A stretch of DNA of 62,382 bases from IMG/VR virus record IMGVR_UViG_3300037418_002157; one strand, written 5' to 3'. Position 1 is the first letter of the stretch; each line of letters starts with the position of its first letter. This stretch comes from a virus. Made by a program: the position numbers and the translations under genes. A model generated the notes under the pieces. It was not told the origin of the DNA, did not search any database, and saw only the letters and a program-made list of their open reading frames with translations. Shown piece by piece: positions 24,544 through 33,133 of this stretch.

Positions 24544-24921
24544 TCAGAACCGGCCGACGCAGGCCAGACAGATCGTCGCCGCATTCCACTCCGCCAACGA
24601 CGCCTCGAACGCCTGCACCCCAGCGTGAATGACGTAGCCCCAGATGAGGCCGCCGACCGCCACCAGCAGACCGAGCAGGACACTGCCGGACGACATCAGC
24701 GCGATCGCGATCAGGATCGCGATCATCGCCTGCCAGTAGCGGGCGTCCGGGCGGGCCGGCGGGGCGTACCTCCCACGCAACGGGGACTCCGCCGGCAGGG
24801 CTTCCCAGTAGTGCGACAGCTTTTCCACGTTCGACGACTTGCACCCCGGACACTGCACGTCAACCCCCCGAAGGCCAGCGGTAGTTGAACGCAGCATCGG
24901 TCGCCGGAACCGCGGCAGCAA
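24544..24921 (-). CDS. Membrane protein with an N-terminal zinc-ribbon (candidate exclusion protein)
   Basis: CPGCKSS, then two TM helices (AMIAILIAIALMSSGSVLLGLLVAVGGLIWGYV), and a C-terminal CLAC. The start could be an internal Met. Confidence 0.6.
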   Translation of the reverse strand: MLPRFRRPMLRSTTAGLRGVDVQCPGCKSSNVEKLSHYWEALPAESPLRGRYAPPARPDARYWQAMIAILIAIALMSSGSVLLGLLVAVGGLIWGYVIHAGVQAFEASLAEWNAATICLACVGRF

Positions 24922-25011
24922 GCAGGCGGACAGACGGTGTGAGCGGGCTCACCAGGCGCACGAAAACGGCGCCCCACCTGCAACAGCAGGCAAGGCGCCG
25001 TAACCGGACGA

Positions 25012-25308
25012 CTACGCGTGCGACACCGTCAGCGGGGCCGGCAGCGGCGAAGCGTCAAGCCCCAGCCCCTCCGCGAGGAGCATCCGCGCCGCCGTATCCC
25101 GCTCGAACGCCGACCGGCCCGCCGGCATCGACAGGACCCGCGTGCCGTCACGGCGCTCCACGAACGCGCCGAAGAACGTGGCGTCGGTGATCGACGAGTC
25201 GACCAGCTTCACGCGGTGCGCGGTCAGCAGCTGGGGGAGTGGTACATCCAACAGATGGTCGGCCGTGATTCGCGGCGGCGTTAACCGTCGCGCTTGGGTA
25301 GTCTGCAT
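25012..25308 (-). CDS. Hypothetical protein (98 aa)
   Basis: ORF 25012..25518 trimmed to the ATG at 25308, which has a GGAG RBS. High GC3. Confidence 0.55.
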   Translation of the reverse strand: MQTTQARRLTPPRITADHLLDVPLPQLLTAHRVKLVDSSITDATFFGAFVERRDGTRVLSMPAGRSAFERDTAARMLLAEGLGLDASPLPAPLTVSHA

Positions 25309-25405
25309 GGGTAACTCCGATCTGGACAGGTTGGGTTGCTGATCAGCGAGCCGCGAACTCGCTGGTTGAACAGGCCGGGCGGTGGCGACCGCCCGGCCGT
25401 TCGCG

Positions 25406-25813
25406 TTAGTGGGGGAGCGCCTCGTCGAGGTACTCCTGAACCGGACCGAACAGGCCGTAGGGCACCAGCCCCGGGATCTCGGAGTGCTCGACCCAGGCGA
25501 CCGTGTCGAGCTCGTCATCGTCAGCGACGTGCGCCGTGCCCGAAACGACCTCGCATGCCGTGTACGCCATGAACTTCCCGGTCTTCGGGTGAACCCGGTC
25601 GCCGATGTACTTCACGGACTTCACGATGAGGCCCGTCTCCTCGAGCGTCTCCCGCACCGCCGCATCCTCCGCCGTCTCGCCGTCCTCGACTCCGCCGGCA
25701 GGGAACTGCCACGACAGCTCGCCCTCCTTGACGCGGCGGCGCACCATGAGGACACGTCCCCCATCCGTGATGATCGCGGCGCTTACGTCGGGCTTCTTCG
25801 TCTCGGTGGTCAT
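25406..25813 (-). CDS. NUDIX hydrolase (135 aa) with a complete Nudix box
   Basis: GGVEDGETAEDAAVRETLEETGL matches Gx5Ex7REUxEExGU exactly. The ATG at 25813 overlaps the upstream stop. Confidence 0.9.
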   Translation of the reverse strand: MTTETKKPDVSAAIITDGGRVLMVRRRVKEGELSWQFPAGGVEDGETAEDAAVRETLEETGLIVKSVKYIGDRVHPKTGKFMAYTACEVVSGTAHVADDDELDTVAWVEHSEIPGLVPYGLFGPVQEYLDEALPH

Positions 25814-26505
25814 ACGGTCGCCTCCAAGGCGTCGAGAATCGGCGGGTAAATGCGGTCGGCGGGGATATAGCGGCTGAGCTCCCCTATGGGGGCCCATGCC
25901 ACGGCGACGTTCTCGGAGGTGTCCCCATTGACCGCCTCGCCGTGGACAAAATCGCATATGAAATACGAGCAGAGCGCCCTTGTGATCGGGTGAAGCCGCT
26001 CACCCAACTGTTCGCGGACCATGCAATGCACTCCGGTCTCGTCCAGGGTTTCCCGAACGGCGACCTTTGATGCTGAACCGCCTGGCTTCACGATCCCGGC
26101 CGGGAACTGCCAGGCGATGTCCTCGCCGTCCTGCCTGCACACAAGCAGCACGTCACCGCCGCGACGGACGACGGCGATTGCAACGCGCAATGCCTGCGCC
26201 TGAGGCTGGGGAGCCGGTATCCGCGACAAGTGGATGAACCGCCGGCGCACCGCATCACCTGCCCTTTCGTATGCCGTGTCCAGGATTCGCTGCGTTTCGC
26301 GTTGCGGAATCATGTTCGGTGTGGCGTGCCATGCGGCGACGCTGCGCACCGAAACTCCGAGCCGACCCGCGAACTCCTCCTGGGTCATTTGGAATGCCTC
26401 TTGGAGCCAGGCTGCCTTTTGCCCGGTCCACTGTTCGACGTCCACTATCGGCTCCCTGGCCGCTGTCGTGGGCTTTCCTGCAGCCGGGCTGCATGGTGCC
26501 TGCAT
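25810..26505 (-). CDS. XRE-HTH fused to a NUDIX-fold domain with a degenerate Nudix box
   Basis: N-terminal FQMTQEEFAGRLGVSVRSVAAWH. C-terminal GIVKPGGSASKVAVRETLDETGV, where the first Glu is replaced by Gly and EE by DE. The true start may lie downstream of 26505. Confidence 0.8.
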   Translation of the reverse strand: MQAPCSPAAGKPTTAAREPIVDVEQWTGQKAAWLQEAFQMTQEEFAGRLGVSVRSVAAWHATPNMIPQRETQRILDTAYERAGDAVRRRFIHLSRIPAPQPQAQALRVAIAVVRRGGDVLLVCRQDGEDIAWQFPAGIVKPGGSASKVAVRETLDETGVHCMVREQLGERLHPITRALCSYFICDFVHGEAVNGDTSENVAVAWAPIGELSRYIPADRIYPPILDALEATV

Positions 26506-26549
26506 GCCCGCTGCATGATCACTGCATGTTGCTGCATGGGCTCTTCATG
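26489..26549. repeat. Six helically phased copies of CTGCATG at the 5' end of the HTH-Nudix operon
   Basis: CTGCATG at 26489, 26500, 26511, 26522 and 26532, plus CTTCATG at 26543. Spacings are 11, 11, 11, 10 and 11 bp. Confidence 0.7.
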
Positions 26550-26595
26550 GCCTGCGCCCGCTCACGCGCGAAGACTCGATCCCATGGATTCCCGG

Positions 26596-26850
26596 TCACA
26601 CGCCCTTGCCGTACTGGAAGGCGCGCTGGAACGAGACGCCTCCCATGAGCTCGCCGATCTCCTTCCACGTCTTCCCCTCATCGCGAAAGCCTTGTGCGAT
26701 CTCTTGGCGCTGCCGGCGCCGCCAGAGTTCCAGCTCGTTCTCAAGGAACTCAGCCAAGCCGAGGTAGGTAGCCCAACGCTCGTTGAGGTCGGTGATCTCG
26801 CGCAGCTGCTCGTCGTATCGGGTGAAGGGAGCGTCGGGGGAGTCGGCCAT
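26596..26850 (-). CDS. Small HTH protein (84 aa), paralogue-like to 61964-62251
   Basis: C-terminal GKTWKEIGELMGGVSFQRAFQYGKG, preceded by LELWRRRQRQEI. The architecture matches the 95-aa protein at the other end of the map. Confidence 0.6.
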   Translation of the reverse strand: MADSPDAPFTRYDEQLREITDLNERWATYLGLAEFLENELELWRRRQRQEIAQGFRDEGKTWKEIGELMGGVSFQRAFQYGKGV

Positions 26851-26914
26851 GACGTGAGGGTACGGGCGATCCGACGCTCGCTCAAGACTGAACTAGAAGA
26901 GTTGAGTTGGGCGC

Positions 26915-26973
26915 TTGACGCGACACCGCGAGCCCTCTACGGTCGTACCAAGCCTTCTAGGTGCCACCTAGAA
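26915..26973 (+). promoter_or_regulatory. Promoter TTGACG-17 nt-TACGGT followed by a 19-bp palindrome
   Basis: TTGACG at 26915-26920 and TACGGT at 26938-26943. Perfect inverted repeat TTCTAGGTG-c-CACCTAGAA at 26955-26973. An additional CTAGAA lies near 26893. Confidence 0.5.
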
Positions 26974-27102
26974 ACGGGCTTTGTCGTCCACTCCTACCGG
27001 ACCCAGTCCGCGGACGACACCCCACAACAGAAGACGGGCCGGACACCGCGACTCCTACACCGCGGGCCGGCCCTGACCACCAGGTTCTAACGAGGAGATC
27101 CT

Positions 27103-27498
27103 GTGGCTACCCAGATCGTACAGGCGCCCCAGCGCGCCGATCACCAGGGTCAATCCCTGGCCGACCGACTGGCCCACGCTGCCGCGCAGGGCCCGGTCCG
27201 CCGGTGTTCGGTGCGCACGGATCGCGGTATGCGCACCCCGACCGGCGACTACCTGACCTGTGCCGGGCAGCACGCCCCGGGCGACCCGCACGGTGCCCCG
27301 TTCGGGGAGTCGGGCTGGTTCACGTGGACCGACAGGCCGGCCCGCACGGTGCTGGAGCGTTTCCCGGCGTCCGCCCCGCGTGGTTCGTGGCCGGCGGAGG
27401 AGTTCGCCGCAGACCGTCGCCGCGATGGTGTCCCCGCCCGCGTGGTGATGGACCTCGCCACCGACAGCTTCCTCGTGATCGTCGAGGCCGCGTCGTGA
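27103..27498 (+). CDS. Hypothetical protein (131 aa)
   Basis: ORF track. GTG start with a GAGGAG RBS. Confidence 0.6.
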   Translation: MATQIVQAPQRADHQGQSLADRLAHAAAQGPVRRCSVRTDRGMRTPTGDYLTCAGQHAPGDPHGAPFGESGWFTWTDRPARTVLERFPASAPRGSWPAEEFAADRRRDGVPARVVMDLATDSFLVIVEAAS

Positions 27499-27740
27499 GC
27501 GCCGCCGAGCGTGAGCTGCTGGCCGCGGTCCTGGAGGCGGTCACTCTCCCGGATGACACGCGGGCCGTGGATGACGTGTCGCGGGTTGAGGCGCGGACGA
27601 TGATCGCCCGTGTCGCGGTCCGGGCCGCGCTCGAGGACGGCCCGAACAATCCGGGCGCGTTCACCTGGAACGCCGAATGGCTGCGGCAGAAGCTCCGCGA
27701 GGAAGAGGCCCGGTACAAGGCCGGTGGCCGTCGTGACTGA
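27495..27740 (+). CDS. Hypothetical protein (81 aa)
   Basis: Tail of ORF 26961..27740 from the coupled GTG at 27495. Confidence 0.55.
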   Translation: MSAAERELLAAVLEAVTLPDDTRAVDDVSRVEARTMIARVAVRAALEDGPNNPGAFTWNAEWLRQKLREEEARYKAGGRRD

Positions 27741-27920
27741 CGCCGAGCGTGAGGCACTGCGCCGGAAGGTCGCCGAGGCGAACCGGCGTAGTGAAACCCG
27801 GCCGAAGTAGCCGGACCCCCTGATCGCCGTGGCGGTGGGGAAGACCGACATCCCCCGCGGCCCCCACCGTCACGGCCCACCACCCGTTCATCCCGGCATG
27901 ACCACCCGAGGAGATCAGCC

Positions 27921-28172
27921 ATGCCTTCTACCGACCAGCCAGACGCCGTGTCTTCGGTCGACGTGGACGCTTTGACCAGTGAGCAGCGGACGGCCTTGCA
28001 CTGGGCTGCCGACGCGCTCCGTGTGGTCGAGGCGTGTAAGGAGCGGGGCGGGACGCCCACCGGCACGGCGCAGATCAACGCCGACCGGTATCGGGTTGCT
28101 GCCCGCGCCCACGGCTTCACCGACGAGCAGGTGCGCGCCTACCTGAAGACCCTGCCCCGCCCCACCGCCTGA
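27921..28172 (+). CDS. Hypothetical protein (83 aa)
   Basis: ORF track. GAGGAG upstream. Confidence 0.6.
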   Translation: MPSTDQPDAVSSVDVDALTSEQRTALHWAADALRVVEACKERGGTPTGTAQINADRYRVAARAHGFTDEQVRAYLKTLPRPTA

Positions 28173-28211
28173 CCCCCCACCCCCCTTCCCTTTGATCCAG
28201 ATAGGACCGCC

Positions 28212-28442
28212 ATGTCTCCGTACCTGTTCTCCGCCGATCTCGCCGTCACCGACCTGGGCCGGAAGGCCCGCGCGTCCACGACGGTCGCCGAGGCCGCCCT
28301 GCTGTCGATCACCGACCTGTTCGCCGAATACACGGCGGCCCGGAAGGCGGGTGACGTGTTCCGTCTGAGCCAGATCCGTGCGGACGCCGACCCGTGGCTG
28401 CTGGCCGAGCTGGACGGCTTCGACTACCCGGCAGCCGCCTGA
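28212..28442 (+). CDS. Hypothetical protein (76 aa)
   Basis: ORF track. Confidence 0.6.
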   Translation: MSPYLFSADLAVTDLGRKARASTTVAEAALLSITDLFAEYTAARKAGDVFRLSQIRADADPWLLAELDGFDYPAAA

Positions 28443-28530
28443 CCCCACAGACCGCCGGGCGGCGGTCACCTACCCCCCCCGTCCCGTCGCCCGGCACCCC
28501 TATCCGTCCCGACCCCGAGAGGAGGCTCCG

Positions 28531-28827
28531 ATGCGCCCGTTCCTGATCACCGCGAAGCCTGGCCGGCTGCAGCTGACGGCCCGCTGGGTTGCCCGGTGGG
28601 CGCTGAAGAGCCTCGCCCTAACCGTGATGGTCGGGCTCGGCGCGCTCGTGCTGACCGTGCGCTGCGCCCGTCCCGTCATCAACTACACCGCCACCCGGGC
28701 CGCCTGGCTGGAGTTGTGGGCCGCGTCGGTGACCGGGATCGGCCCGGTCGGTGCCGCGGTCGGGTCCGGGCTGACCGACGAGTTCATCCGCGAATTCCAC
28801 AAGGCGCGCACCGGCGCGCCCGCCTAG
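28531..28827 (+). CDS. Membrane protein (98 aa), Spd-like candidate
   Basis: ATG at 28531 after GAGAGGAGG. TM helix LKSLALTVMVGLGALVLTV. Confidence 0.55.
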   Translation: MRPFLITAKPGRLQLTARWVARWALKSLALTVMVGLGALVLTVRCARPVINYTATRAAWLELWAASVTGIGPVGAAVGSGLTDEFIREFHKARTGAPA

Positions 28828-28840
28828 AGAGGAGCACCAC

Positions 28841-29047
28841 ATGCCCACGCCGCTGATGTCCCCGCTCACCGTCCTGATCGCCTGCCCATCAACCGGTGCG
28901 GCGATGGCCGCGCTGTACGGCGCCAGCGTCATGGGCGCACCGACGCCCGTATCCGTCGCGGCCAGCGTGACCGTGTTCTGGCTGGTCGCCTACCGCGTCA
29001 CCAGCCTCCTCGAAGCCATCGCAGCCCACCGCGCCACCCGCGACTGA
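28841..29047 (+). CDS. Membrane protein (68 aa), Spd-like candidate
   Basis: Two hydrophobic helices (LTVLIACPSTGAAMAALYGASVMG, VSVAASVTVFWLVAY). Confidence 0.55.
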   Translation: MPTPLMSPLTVLIACPSTGAAMAALYGASVMGAPTPVSVAASVTVFWLVAYRVTSLLEAIAAHRATRD

Positions 29048-29069
29048 ACCCGAAAGGACACCGAACATC

Positions 29070-30413
29070 ATGACCGCCAGCCCGCCCCTGAACGGCCACA
29101 CCCGGTCGCCCATCCGCATTGTCGGGGACTGGCAGCCGGTCACCCCCGAACCCGCCGAGGAACAGCGCAGCCCCCAGCCCGAACCCGCCGTCGACGCCGA
29201 GGTCGCCCGCGCTCGCGCGTGGGCCGAGGCCGAGGAACGCCGCGTCGCCGCCGAAGCCGAGAAGGAAGAGCGCCTCCTCAAGGCGCAGGCCGAAGCCGAC
29301 GCCATCCGCGTCAAGGCAGAGGAAGATGCCCGCCGGCTGCGCCTCGCCAACGACCGGCAGGAACGCAAGGCGCGTGAGGAGGAGGAAGCATCCGAGGCGC
29401 GCATCGCCGAGTCCCGCCGCAAGCGCGACGAAGCCGACCGCGCCCGCGAGCGGGACGCGCGCCAGGCCGCCGAGCAGCAGCAGAGCGAGCAGCAGGCCGC
29501 GAAGGAGATCACCGACGCGGATGAGAAGTGGCGGTCCTACGCGATCCGCTTCGCGATCGTCTGCGGCATCGTCTCCCTCCCGGTGCAGATGTCGTTCTTC
29601 TGGAATCCGCACGCCCCGTGGATGGCTGCCGCACCGGTCATGCTCGAAGGCGCCGCCTGGGTCGTTCACCGAGGTGCCCGCGCGGCGGCGGTCAGCAAGC
29701 GGCCGGTGTGGCACTACCGGGCGATCGTGTGGCTGCTCGCCCTGATCGCCGCCGCGATCAACCTGTACCACGGCCTTCACGCCTTCGACCCGGGGACCGC
29801 GCTGGCGACCGCGTTCGCGTCGGTCGCCGGCCCCGGTGTGTGGGATCTCCACGAGCACGGCCGGATCCGCAAGCGGGACGGCGTCCTGACCCGGCGGGAG
29901 CGCAAGGCGCAGCGGAAGCAGGAGCGCGCCGAGGCGGCTCGGAAGGCCGCGGAGGAGAAGCGGATCGCAGCCGAGAAGGAGGCCGCGGACAAGGCGGCGG
30001 CCGAGGCAGCGGAGAAGCTCGCCGCGGCGCGCGCGGAGAAGTTCCCGAAGGTGTGGGAGCACGCCCTGAAGATCGCTGCGGCGCTCGGCGAGACGACCGT
30101 GACCGAGGCTGTCTGGGACCGTGCGCACCGCGACGTCGAGGGTGCTCCGCCCGCCGATTCTGCGGACGTCATCCGCATGCGCAACGCCGCCGAAGCGAGG
30201 GTCGCCGCTGCCACCGAGAAGCGGTCCGTAAACGGCATGTTGATGCAGGTCGATCAACAAATGCCCCGTCGTTCGCGGCGCGGTCACGTAGGGGGTCCGA
30301 CGGTGCGCGGAGTGCGACGCCCGAACGACACCGAGCGGTACACACCAGGCGCCCGTCGACAGGCAGCCATCACCGCCAAGAACACAGCAGAGAAGAAGGG
30401 TGGCAAGGGCTGA
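29070..30413 (+). CDS. DUF2637/SpdB2-like polytopic membrane protein with coiled-coil arms (447 aa)
   Basis: Central block of about 4 TM helices (YAIRFAIVCGIVSLPVQMSFFW, WMAAAPVMLEGAAWVV, YRAIVWLLALIAAAINLY, ALATAFASVAGPGVW), flanked by long E/R/A/K-rich helical regions. Confidence 0.6.
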   Translation: MTASPPLNGHTRSPIRIVGDWQPVTPEPAEEQRSPQPEPAVDAEVARARAWAEAEERRVAAEAEKEERLLKAQAEADAIRVKAEEDARRLRLANDRQERKAREEEEASEARIAESRRKRDEADRARERDARQAAEQQQSEQQAAKEITDADEKWRSYAIRFAIVCGIVSLPVQMSFFWNPHAPWMAAAPVMLEGAAWVVHRGARAAAVSKRPVWHYRAIVWLLALIAAAINLYHGLHAFDPGTALATAFASVAGPGVWDLHEHGRIRKRDGVLTRRERKAQRKQERAEAARKAAEEKRIAAEKEAADKAAAEAAEKLAAARAEKFPKVWEHALKIAAALGETTVTEAVWDRAHRDVEGAPPADSADVIRMRNAAEARVAAATEKRSVNGMLMQVDQQMPRRSRRGHVGGPTVRGVRRPNDTERYTPGARRQAAITAKNTAEKKGGKG

Positions 30414-30922
30414 TGACTGGCATCACCTACGTCATGACGCACCGCGGCTACCGGTCGGTGAAGGTCGGTTACACGAGCCCTGATTCGCTCCGGCTGAGCG
30501 GCCTGCGGCGCGGGGGATGGGAGCCCTTCCGTCAGCTCGCCTGCGAGTCCACTTCGCTGGCGCGCGAGATCGAACAGGCGGCCCTCTTCGAGATCCGATT
30601 CCGGCTGTACGTGCCCGTGCATCTGACGCCTACGCAGATGCGTGGCGTCCACGGCTGGAGTGAGACGTCGAGCATTGCCGTGATCAGCCCCAGCGAGGTG
30701 TGGGAGATCGTCTGCGAGAAGGGCGCCCTGGAGCAGCTCGCGCCAACCGTCAAGAAGACCCGCGTCTACAAACCGCCAGTGAAGCGCGGTGTACGTCGAT
30801 CTGGCGACGTCCCCGACTTCGTGCGCGCTGCCCGCATCGAAGCGTCACGCACCGCCCGCGCCAACCGGGTCGGTGGACCCCAGAAGTCCAAGGCCAAGAA
30901 CGCCCGCCAGAAGGACCAGTGA
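30413..30922 (+). CDS. T5orf172/GIY-YIG-like domain protein with a basic tail (169 aa)
   Basis: YVMTHRGYRSVKVGYTS...EIEQAALFEIRFRL...HGWSET pattern, then a K/R-rich C-terminus. Coupled at both ends. Confidence 0.45.
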   Translation: MTGITYVMTHRGYRSVKVGYTSPDSLRLSGLRRGGWEPFRQLACESTSLAREIEQAALFEIRFRLYVPVHLTPTQMRGVHGWSETSSIAVISPSEVWEIVCEKGALEQLAPTVKKTRVYKPPVKRGVRRSGDVPDFVRAARIEASRTARANRVGGPQKSKAKNARQKDQ

Positions 30923-32925
30923 TGAGCCTCGACGCCCACCCCGAGTTCCCCGCCGACTGGGACGACAGCAAGGTGATCCACGGCGAGCTGCACGTGCCCG
31001 ACGACCTGTCCGACGAGGACATCCCGCCCGGCATAGTGGTCCCCTACACGCCGCGCCCGCCCGTCCTCAGCAAGGCGGGCGGGGCGGCCATGGTCGTCGT
31101 CGCGAAGACCGGCCGCTTCACCGGCCTGTCCGTGCGCTACTTCGGCGTCGGCCTCAAGGCCGTCTGCCACCTCGGCTGGCGGTACGTGCGCGCCCACGAC
31201 CTTCAGGAGGTCATCGGCGGCATGCAGAAGAAAGGCGACTGGAACAAGGTCGACGACGTCCGCAAGAAGCGGTGGAAGTTCCTCGGCTGGACGGCCGGCA
31301 TCACCGCCGGCCTCAACCTGGCCGGCTGGTGGGCGCTGGTGAAGTTCGCCGACATGACGGCTGCGGGCTGGTCCTGGAAGATCCCGCCCACCACCACCGC
31401 AGCGATCGCCGCCACCCTGATCGCCCTGTACGGCCGCTACCGGACCAACCGGCCCGAAATCGGCCCCCTGCAGATGATCGCCGAGCAGGACAACCCGAAC
31501 TCGGACGAGCCGTTCCCGCTCGCCGTGTGCACCTCCCCCGGCATGGTCGAGGACTGCGTATCCCGCGCCCTCGCCTGGGAGGGCATCGAAGCCCGCGCGA
31601 TCCGGGTGCTCGGTTTCCACGGCACGTTCTGGGAGATCGACGTCATCCTCAAGGGCTCCACCCCCGGCAAGGTCAACGCGGTCGCCGACCAACTCGACGC
31701 CCACTTCAACATCAAGCAGGGCGGCACTCTCATCGACCCCGACCCGCAGCAGTCTGCGCACGTCGTGCTGCGCCTGGTCGTCGGCAACCCCTTCGAGGGC
31801 ATGCCGAAGCCTGCCGTGCACGCCCCCAACAGTCTCGACATCGCCGACAGCCACAACTTCGGCCGCTGCATGGACGGCAGCTCCCTCGATATGGTCCTCG
31901 AAGGGCAGCGCATCCTCGTCATCGGCGTATCCGGCTCCGCCAAGTCCACCGGCGTCCTACGCGACCTCGCCGAGGTCATCACCGCCTGCCACAACGCCAT
32001 CGCCCTCGACATGGACCCCGTCAAGGACGGCCTGCGCGAGTTCGAAGGCGCCATGGCCGCCCCGCCGATCCGCGGAGCCAAGGCCTGCGAGCAGTGGCTC
32101 GAGTACCTGGTGAAGATGGCCAGCGGACGCAACGCCGTCCGCAACCGGCTCGGCATGGGCGACACCTGGGTCGCCACCAAGGAACGCCCCGCGATCTTCG
32201 CGCTCGTCGACGAGTTCATCTTCCTCAGCCAGAAGGCCAAGGAGAAGTTCATCGAACTCCTACGCATCGGCAAGCAGTCCGGGATCTACGTGGTCGCCGC
32301 CGGCCAGGACGCCACCTCCGATGCCATGGGTGACGCCATCGCCGACACGTTCACCACCAGCATCATGCTCGCCTCCCGCTGGGACGACATCCGCCTGGTC
32401 CTCGGCCAGGGCGCAGCGGCCAAGGGCTACCGGCCCGACCGGCTCGTGCCCGCCCAGAACAAGCAGATCAAGAACGATGCGGGCCAGTCCTACATCAAGG
32501 GCCCCGGCCTGGACCGGCCCCTGCTGTACGGCTGGAACGAGCACAGCAACGAGGCCATCAAGCGCGCCGTCGCCGACCGCATCAAGGCCGGGCGGCCCAC
32601 GTTTGACCGCGACACCCTCGCCGCGGCCGGGCTGCTCCATCTTGCCGACGCAGGAGCGGAGCAGAAGCGCATCAGCGGGGACCGGCAGATCGTCTTCGAC
32701 GCGATCGAGGTCATGACCGAAGCCGGCGTCGAACGGATCCGCCCCGAGCCGCTCGCCGAGGCGCTCACCGAGCTGAAGCCGGAGCTGTACGGCGACCTGA
32801 CGGTTGCCGAACTGCGGAAGCTGCTGCGGGAGATCGGCGTCGGCGCCCCTGTGCCGATCGGCGACATCGACGGGCTGACGAACCCGCGTGGCTACAAGCT
32901 CGAACAGCTGACCACTTTGACCTAG
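30922..32925 (+). CDS. traB: FtsK/SpoIIIE-family DNA translocase, Streptomyces TraB-like (667 aa)
   Basis: N-terminal TM segments. Walker A-like ILVIGVSGSAKSTGVL. Walker B AIFALVDEF. Followed by YVVAAGQDATSD and a helical wHTH-like C-terminus. ATG at 30922 overlaps the upstream TGA. Confidence 0.78.
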   Translation: MSLDAHPEFPADWDDSKVIHGELHVPDDLSDEDIPPGIVVPYTPRPPVLSKAGGAAMVVVAKTGRFTGLSVRYFGVGLKAVCHLGWRYVRAHDLQEVIGGMQKKGDWNKVDDVRKKRWKFLGWTAGITAGLNLAGWWALVKFADMTAAGWSWKIPPTTTAAIAATLIALYGRYRTNRPEIGPLQMIAEQDNPNSDEPFPLAVCTSPGMVEDCVSRALAWEGIEARAIRVLGFHGTFWEIDVILKGSTPGKVNAVADQLDAHFNIKQGGTLIDPDPQQSAHVVLRLVVGNPFEGMPKPAVHAPNSLDIADSHNFGRCMDGSSLDMVLEGQRILVIGVSGSAKSTGVLRDLAEVITACHNAIALDMDPVKDGLREFEGAMAAPPIRGAKACEQWLEYLVKMASGRNAVRNRLGMGDTWVATKERPAIFALVDEFIFLSQKAKEKFIELLRIGKQSGIYVVAAGQDATSDAMGDAIADTFTTSIMLASRWDDIRLVLGQGAAAKGYRPDRLVPAQNKQIKNDAGQSYIKGPGLDRPLLYGWNEHSNEAIKRAVADRIKAGRPTFDRDTLAAAGLLHLADAGAEQKRISGDRQIVFDAIEVMTEAGVERIRPEPLAEALTELKPELYGDLTVAELRKLLREIGVGAPVPIGDIDGLTNPRGYKLEQLTTLT

Positions 32926-32932
32926 AAAGTCC

Positions 32933-33088
32933 ACTGCTCGCGAGGTGCTCGCCACTGCTCGACCGCAGGTCACAGCCGCTCGACCAGGTGCTCGCTCAAC
33001 TGCTCGGCGAAATCCCGAGCACCTGCCGAGCAGCACCCCGAGCGGCTCTGACCAGCAGCGGAGCAGTAGCGAGCGCCCGCCGAGCACC
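32933..33088. repeat. clt-like array: 8-mers (A/G)(C/G)(T/C)GCTCG forward, then CGAGC(A/G)NN reverse
   Basis: Forward: ACTGCTCG at 32933, GGTGCTCG at 32944, ACTGCTCG at 32954, GCCGCTCG at 32975, GGTGCTCG at 32987, ACTGCTCG at 32999. Reverse: CGAGCACC at 33016, CGAGCAGC at 33027, CGAGCGGC at 33039, GGAGCAGT at 33060, CGAGCGCC at 33070, CGAGCACC at 33081. The array starts 8 nt after the traB-like stop. Confidence 0.6.
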
Positions 33089-33133
33089 ACACAAACCCAC
33101 GCAAACCGATCACCCGCCCGAGGAGTCCCGAAC

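Noticed and set aside
30789-32333. 514-aa alternative-frame ORF inside the traB-like gene
   Set aside because: Its translation is Arg/Pro/Gly-rich and low in complexity. The in-frame TraB-like reading carries the Walker motifs and TM helices.
32933-33088. The short-repeat arrays here and at 17521-17763 and 26489-26549 considered as CRISPR arrays
   Set aside because: The units are only 7-9 bp, occur in both orientations or are contiguous, lack unique spacers of 25-40 bp, and no cas genes are present (the Cas4-like nuclease is a stand-alone phage type).
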